Source: the human T2T-CHM13v2.0 reference genome, Homo sapiens. From it: 64,000 nucleotides of DNA. A model generated the notes under the pieces. That model was not told the DNA's origin. It made no database searches and saw only the letters and a list, made by a program, of their open reading frames with translations. Made by a program: the position numbers and the translations under genes. Numbering within the stretch: position 1 is the stretch's first letter; each line of letters begins with the position of its first letter. This document shows positions 54,339 through 64,000 of this stretch, piece after piece. The stretch is from the NCBI RefSeq assembly GCF_009914755.1, contig NC_060933.1; one strand, 5' to 3'.

Positions 54339-54377
54339 ATTTCCAGCACCTATCTAGAGAGCAATTGGCCTATACGG
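54339..54377 (+). CDS. RIC1: RIC1 exon 13 (39 nt): ISSTYLESNWPIR
   Basis: ctatag| acceptor, cgg|gtgagt donor; symmetric phase 0. Confidence 0.93.
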
Positions 54378-54536
54378 GTGAGTTGTTATTTTGTTGGTGT
54401 TAACTTTTGTTGACTAGCATTTGCTGCAAGAGGCATTCTGGGAAGAGCCCTTCAGTGGGTGTACTGAGAAAAATAAAACTCTTGATCTATTGTAACATTG
54501 CTAGTATATTAACATCTATAATTTTGTCAGATATAA

Positions 54537-54797
<261 letters not shown>

Positions 54798-55542
54798 TGA
54801 GATTAAAAACCTATTTCTCAAAGTATAAGAGAACTACAATATGAAATAGCTATAAAGTTTATCACTAAGTAATTTTGGTTACTTATTAAAAATAAGGAAA
54901 ATCAGATATAAAAAAGTGATATTGAATAATATGTAAGATTTGATTCTGATAAAATACTTGATATTTGATAAAGGATCTTGTGTTGAAATAGTTGGTTTAT
55001 TTTTAATTCTTTTTAAGATCGGTAACTATAATTCCTTAGCCTGAGGATTTATTCTTACATTCCAGCTTGAGTTTATCTGATGTGATCAGAATAGATTTCC
55101 ACAGAATTTGAGATCATTCCATGCCTATTCTGTGTGTGATGTATATGGGATAGTGAGTGTGCGTGTGTGTATGTGTATGTGTGTGTACATATACGCATGC
55201 AGTTGGAAGAGAAGGAAATCAGTACTTATTAGGTGCCTATTGTGTGTTAGGCATTTTAAGGCACTTTCATATATGTTATCTTACTCATCTGCACAGCAAC
55301 CCAGTGAAGGCACTACTGTTACTGATCTTTTGATGTAAACACACACACACACACAAACTAGGATTCAGTTACTCATCTGATAAGTGATTAAGCCAGAATT
55401 TACACTAAGCCCTAATGGGTGTTAGAATGATGATGCTATATAGCACCCAGTTATTTTTAATGGTATACTTGCCTTCTTAAAGAAATATTTATTTTTATAA
55501 ATAGGATATGGATCATTATTAATAAAGGCTCTAGAGTTATCA

Positions 55543-55908
<366 letters not shown>

Positions 55909-55979
55909 TTATAAATATATTACTTTGTTATAATTTCTGGTAGCATAAGGTAAATTTTTTAAAAAATTTTTATTTTAAG

Positions 55980-56069
55980 GAGCAAAATATGATCGTGACA
56001 GGTGGCTTAGCCTGGTGGAATGATTTTATGGTCCTTGCGTGTTATAACATAAATGACCGTCAAGAAGAG
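55980..56069 (+). CDS. RIC1: RIC1 exon 15 (90 nt): [30 protein letters not shown]
   Basis: tttaag| acceptor, gag|gtaagt donor. Confidence 0.95.
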
Positions 56070-56402
56070 GTAAGTTTTTTCTCTCAGAAATAACAGATTT
56101 TTATATTTTAAAGCTATTAAGCATGATTTAATTTTATATAGAAAATAGTCGATTGAAAACAGAACAAAACATTTTATTTTTTAATCAAGAATGTAGCTTC
56201 TTTTAGGTAGTGGGATTTTCTTTTCAGGTTATTACTTTAAAAAATTATTAAGTGACAATTGAGACTTTTAAGATAACCTTTTCTAAGGATTTTAGCTGTC
56301 GGACATTCCCTATGGAGTTTGAAAATAAAGAGTTAAAAGCAAAAAATTTCATGATATAAGAATGGCTGTCCTCAGAGATAGATTTATTTAGTTACTGATT
56401 TA

Positions 56403-57103
<701 letters not shown>

Positions 57104-57312
57104 CTAAAAGGAATATTTTATAATAGTACATTCAGTTTTGATCACTTCATTTTTTGCTTACTCATAGAATGAGCCTAGTCTGCAAAAATATGTAAACATA
57201 ATCCATTTATTGTTAAAGCTTAGATAGTTCTTTTAACTCCTGTTACTAAAAAAAAAAAAAAAAGTCGGAAGTTAAAAACAGCATGTTTAAAGTATTTGGT
57301 CATCCCTAGTAG

Positions 57313-57516
<204 letters not shown>

Positions 57517-58455
57517 TAAGTATCTGGCATATGAGAAGTCACTTTTTGCTCCTATTTACCACGTTTCTCTTTTGTAGTTTTTGTTTTCTCAAAACAGTTA
57601 TTCCACTTTTATATTCAATCTTGTTTTTGTTAGAGGTAAAAAAAAGCAAGGAGTTTTAATTAGTGATATTGATATAATAGCTAAAAAAAAAAGAAATATC
57701 GTACACTAACTTCTTTAGCTTATCTTCCTGGAGTCATTTGAAAAAAATCTAGTTTGGGATGAGGTAAACCCTTAGATACTAAATTTTTTTCACAACCTTG
57801 AAAATAAATGGTTACTGACTCTCCTGGTGCTCTCGATACTTGGTGGGAATTTGAAGGAGTTCTACAACTTTAAGACTGTAGGAAGCATGTCCTTAGCAAA
57901 CTGACTTATATTTCCACTGAGCTAGATGGCTGTAGTCTGGGGCAGTAAAAAATCAGCAGTGTTGTTGCTGCTGCACGTTGCCTTATATTTGTCTTGGCAT
58001 CTGGTCTACTTGCAACGTATTTAGACCACACCTCTTGAGTTTTATTTTTGTTCTCAGAGGTTAATTGAAGTATGTATTTACTGAAACAGCACAGTGATTG
58101 AGAAGTAATGCAAGATAAAAATTAAGACATCTCACTAGCCTCAATGATTGAACCATCATTCTTTCTCAACCCACTAGTTTTTTCCACTTAAATATTTGTA
58201 TTCTTATAGCTTCTTCCCTAGTTTTCGTCTTCCCTCCTATTTGTTACTCCCTTTCTTTCTCTCTCATCCCCATATACTCTGGTTCCCCTCAACCTTGCCA
58301 ACTTCCTGATCGAAGGATATATGGGGAGAAGATGATAGGTAGTAAGACATCTGAGTCTTCCATAAGCATGAAATCTAATACTATTACTAGTGGAAAAGAA
58401 AGAAAATCTTATTAGCATTGTTGTTGAGGTATGTGGGTTTCTTTTGTTTTTACAG

Positions 58456-58594
58456 TCCAAATACTACTGCTGGTATTCAAGTTCTTCAGGAGGTTTCCAT
58501 GTCACGCTACATTCCTCACCCTTTCCTGGTGGTATCTGTCACTCTGACATCAGTGAGTACAGAGAATGGAATCACCTTGAAAATGCCACAGCAG
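58456..58594 (+). CDS. RIC1: RIC1 exon 17 (139 nt): [46 protein letters not shown]
   Basis: ttacag|t acceptor, cag|gtacca donor; ORF 58418..58690. Confidence 0.95.
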
Positions 58595-58669
58595 GTACCA
58601 CTCCATTATCAAAGGTCTTTGGAGTTTACATTTCTGTTTTTAGTATTTGAGTCCATATTAGGAAGTATT

Positions 58670-59380
58670 TGTTTGGCAAATAAATACTAAGTGTCTAAAA
58701 TGTACCTTATATGAGAATGCTGGGTTGCAGTGGCAAATTAAAAAGACATGGTTTCTGCTCAGGCATTAAATAAATAATTACATACATAATGAATTGTTCC
58801 TGTTACGTGTACCAAAAAGTAGTACACATTACTGTGAGAGCATTTAACAAAAACCTGTTATAGTCTGAACAGTCAGAGATTTCTGTATCATTTAAATTAA
58901 AACTAGGAGAATAAGTAGAAATTATCCAAGTTAAGAGGGGATGGATTTTCAGGTGGAAGGAACAGTAGTGCAAAGGCCCATAGACAAGGCAGAACATGAC
59001 ACACTCAGGGAATTGGAAGAATTTTAGAGTGACTGGGACATGGAAAGTGAAAGAGGATATGAGTCTTGTAGATAATATTGATAATTTTAGACTTTAAGTC
59101 TAAAGTGTTTTAAGGTAGGTATTATTAGATCTAAGCTTTATAATGTTTACTGTAAGGAGGAAAATGAACTGAAGTAAGACAAAACTACTGTAGGGAGAGC
59201 AACTGGGAGGTCATTGTAATGATCTAGGTCAGTGGTGTTCACAGTCTGAACTTGGGCAGTGAAAAAGGATATGGAAAGAAGTAGAATGAGTATAGAATAG
59301 CAAGGGCTTTATAATTAGTTAATTATGAGGAAAGAGAAAGTATAATCCCGTAGTTTCTGGGTAAAGTAACAGGGTAAGAA
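58670..59380. mobile_element. L2 fragment
   Basis: L2 motifs ggaaggaacagtagtgcaaaggcc, aaagacatggtttctgc. Confidence 0.6.
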
Positions 59381-59399
59381 GTAGGGCGACCAGGACCCA

Positions 59400-60185
<786 letters not shown>

Positions 60186-60249
60186 TTGGTCTCCCTTCTA
60201 TAGGTAAAATTGGTTTTCTCCTTTAAAATATAGTTCCCATTTCCTCTGC

Positions 60250-61055
60250 AAACCTTATTTAATGGTAACCAGTTAGTCCTAATTGATAAGGGAATATACT
60301 GTTTTACAGAAGTTTAGATAAAAGGTGTGAAAAAAAGTGACAATTTAAAAATCATTTTGCAGTCCTGAGGAACTAATCAGTCTTATCACTAAAAATGGGA
60401 AAACCAGATATGGTATGCTTCTTGAGGTGATATAACATGAAGTTCACAAGAATTATTGCCAAAAATCTTGAACCCAAATCAAATCAAGTATAGAGAGTCA
60501 TCTTCCCTACCACAAGGGAGCAGAATACAAGACATTCTGTTGGACAGCTACAAGTCACTAACATGGGGGAAGAAGGAGTGAATCTTCTAGATTAAATAAG
60601 ACTTTGAAGCCATAAAAACCAAATGCAGTGGTTAAAAGTCATTTGTGAGGCAAATGTGATAATCACTACCCTGCAGAACCAAGTCAGTAAGCTCATTTGT
60701 ATCTTCATTCAAATCAGCTATGAAAAGACACTGTTGAAACAGTTAGGGATATTTAAATACTAATGGAGAGAGAAAGTAGGGAATAATTGTAAATTTTATT
60801 GGATGTGATACTAGCATTGTAGCTATGTTAGCAGATGCCCATATATTTTAGGAATGCATATTAAACATGTAGAAGTAAAATGGGTAGCATGTCTTAATTG
60901 AAAATATTCTGACAAAACTGAAAAAAAAATAAGGGATGGATGGAGCACATAAGGCAAAATCTTGATAATTGTGAATCTGGATAATGGCAGTGTGAAAGTT
61001 CATTATACTATTCTCCATACTTTTAATCATGTTTAAAGTTTTCATATTTAAAAAA
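60250..61055 (+). mobile_element. L1ME-type 3' fragment
   Basis: ggcaaaatcttgataattgtgaatctggat...gttcattatactattctc...gttttcata end motif. Confidence 0.55.
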
Positions 61056-62170
61056 GGACTCTTATATATCCCAGATAGAGTAGGCAACCAGTGGCATCAG
61101 TAGTCCTGGATACCATATTTTGAGAGGGCCTTTCACAAAGAGAAGGTGCTTAATTTGGCTAGAGCAGATTAAGAAGTTAAAATTGACTGATTACCATAGA
61201 GGGAAGACAAAGAATGCTGGAGCAAAGTAAGTTTTCATTTAATACTAAAGTTTTCAAAAAAAATAGTAGTAACAGTGAAAACTCTTCAACAGCAAGATAG
61301 TCTCTCCATGAGAGTGAGCTCCTTGTTACTGAAACTCTCATAGAGAATCATCTGCCAGGGGTTTTTTTAGGGTAAGAGATTGAGTTTGGGGTTCCTTCAA
61401 ATTTAGGATTTTGGGCATACATGTAGCCCTTGCTTTTTCTGAAAGCTTTATTAAAGTTGCTTGAGAGTGCTGTTGCAGTCATCTTTAACGTTATCAGAAA
61501 GTGTTGAATACTAAGATAGGATACTGATAATACCCACTCACTGAAGAAAAGAGAAGTGTACTTTTTTAATGAATTAGTATGAAATGTGGTGAAATCTACC
61601 ATCTTAAAACTTAAGGTAGTCATTATAAACATTACTCATATTGTGGTGAATTACAGTAAATGCCTTTAAGGTCTTTTGAAGTGTTTTAGTGTATGCAGTT
61701 CCCAGTCATGCTGTTTTGCTGCAGGTGTTTGTCTTTTTCTTTTTCCTCTGCCATCTAGCTACATTTTACTGTTATCCAGGTGTCTGACTCTTCTAGTTGC
61801 CACACACCTAAATTCCATGTTCACTTCTCATACCTCCAAATTACTTTCTGGATAGATAACCAATTTTTTTATTTAGTCATTTCTTTATACATAATCCCCT
61901 GTAGAATCTGAAAGCAGTAAGCAAGAGTAGTTTGTATAGCCAAGTATTTTGCAACTAGAATATATAGGGTGGCTGCTGTTTTCTTGATGAACCCTAAATG
62001 ATCATTGGTAGCTTAAATTCAGCCAGCCAGCATGCAGCAAAGCCTGGGACACAATCCCACAAGTTTTGAATACTCACTCTTTCCTCCCTGAAATTCTTTC
62101 CTTCTGTTTATATAGCATGTATAGCATTGTGCTTCCCTATTTCTCTTTTGTCTTCCAAAAGCTCAGGTGA

Positions 62171-62560
<390 letters not shown>

Positions 62561-63662
62561 CCAGCCTCACCTTTAAGCTTCTGATGCTGGTACAGTCATC
62601 TCTGATTTAGTGATTGCTCACATTTTTACTTGGAAGTCTTAAGAATTTTTTTTTATTTTTTCAAATTAAATGAGCCAAAAAGAAAAAGGGAAACTCTTTG
62701 GTTTTCCCTTCCCTAATTTCTCTTCCTGTCTTCTATCAGTGATAATAACTTCAACTTCTCTAGCACCTCAGCTAACCTGGAAATCATCTTTGGTTCATCT
62801 CTTTTTCTACCTTTCATGTCTAGGATAGCAGTAAGTTCTGTTTTTTAACCAAAATGTTCCTTCCTCTTTACAGATAGAAATGACTTGATATCTGAGGTTC
62901 CTTTTAAAACAGGGCTGCTCAAAGTTTAATGTGCATAATGGTTTAAGTTGCGTGATAGGGCTCAATTGGAAATCATTATACTAGGCTCTCTGAGGTTTGA
63001 TTGAAATTTTTCATTATAAAAAGGCAGACTATTTCCTCATTTCTGAAGTCAACACCCATGAAATCTGCCTCTCCTCAGTAACCTATCCTGATTAACTCTG
63101 ATTTTTTAAATAACTGTCTTATTCAAGAACCATAAGTAGTGGCTTCTTTCCTGCTGCTCTTTTACCTGGCTTTCTGAATCCTCCTTGAAGGTCTGTTACC
63201 ATCCAGCTTTGTTCTCATAATGTCCCTAGTCTAGCCAGACTGTTCTCACTTTCCCAATAGTTCCATGTCTTCGTTTTCCATTAGATTACCAACCCTTACT
63301 CTCCCACACGTGTATGTCTTCCTCATCTGTCAGGTTCACTGCATCCTTTTAAACTTTCTGTTGTTATGACAGCTAGATCACTGAAGTGATCTCTCATTTT
63401 TATAAACTTCTAAAGTTGTCTTAGCTTTTTCAGGATAATTCAACTCTGCCCTCAATCTTATGTCACTGGTGGTGTTCATTAATTGCATTATGTGTTAGGC
63501 TTTGTACCATCCTAGCCAGAAAGCTCCTTATATTCCCACAGAGCCTAGCAGAATGGCTGTACATAGTACAACCTCAATAAATAATGTAGATTGTTTGACC
63601 TATAAACCTTATGGATTGGGGGGAGATGCGGAAAGCATACCGATACAGAAGTATGAATTTAG

Positions 63663-63866
<204 letters not shown>

Positions 63867-64000
63867 TGAAACAATTTAAGAGAAGAGTATTTTATGATTT
63901 GGAAAGGAGAAATTAAGTCCATAAAATCAGTCTTAAGCCTCTGGGTGTAAGACTGACTGACTGGAGGATAAGGTCCCAAAATGATCATGAAATGTTCCAT

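Overview
Primate, almost certainly human, genomic DNA from the middle of RIC1 (KIAA1432; RAB6A GEF partner of RGP1) on the + strand. Fifteen consecutive coding exons splice with canonical AG/GT sites into one open frame of 1780 nt (GSPQMKG...NNQRKL, N-terminal WD40/beta-propeller region). Exon numbers 4-18 and residues ~111-704 come from my recall of the reference protein. Introns are packed with repeats: a full-length decayed L1PA, a 5'-inverted L1PA, about 17 Alus, MST/MaLR, MER61-like and MLT2A/HERV-L LTR elements, Tigger/MER DNA transposons, and old L1M/L2/MIR/CR1 pieces. Almost all of the supplied ORF track is repeat-derived noise. Best leads: (1) a well-formed 130-nt stop-containing (poison) exon candidate in intron 12; (2) a full-length L1 whose target-site duplication (TSD) shows a ~355-bp 3' transduction, inserted into the TSD of an Alu; (3) two retroelement promoters (L1 antisense promoter, HERV-L 5' LTR) positioned to make RIC1 chimeric or antisense RNAs; (4) NAGNAG acceptors on consecutive exons and inverted-Alu-flanked in-frame exon blocks. 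No new protein-coding system is supported. Repeat subfamily names are by eye and need RepeatMasker/Dfam confirmation.
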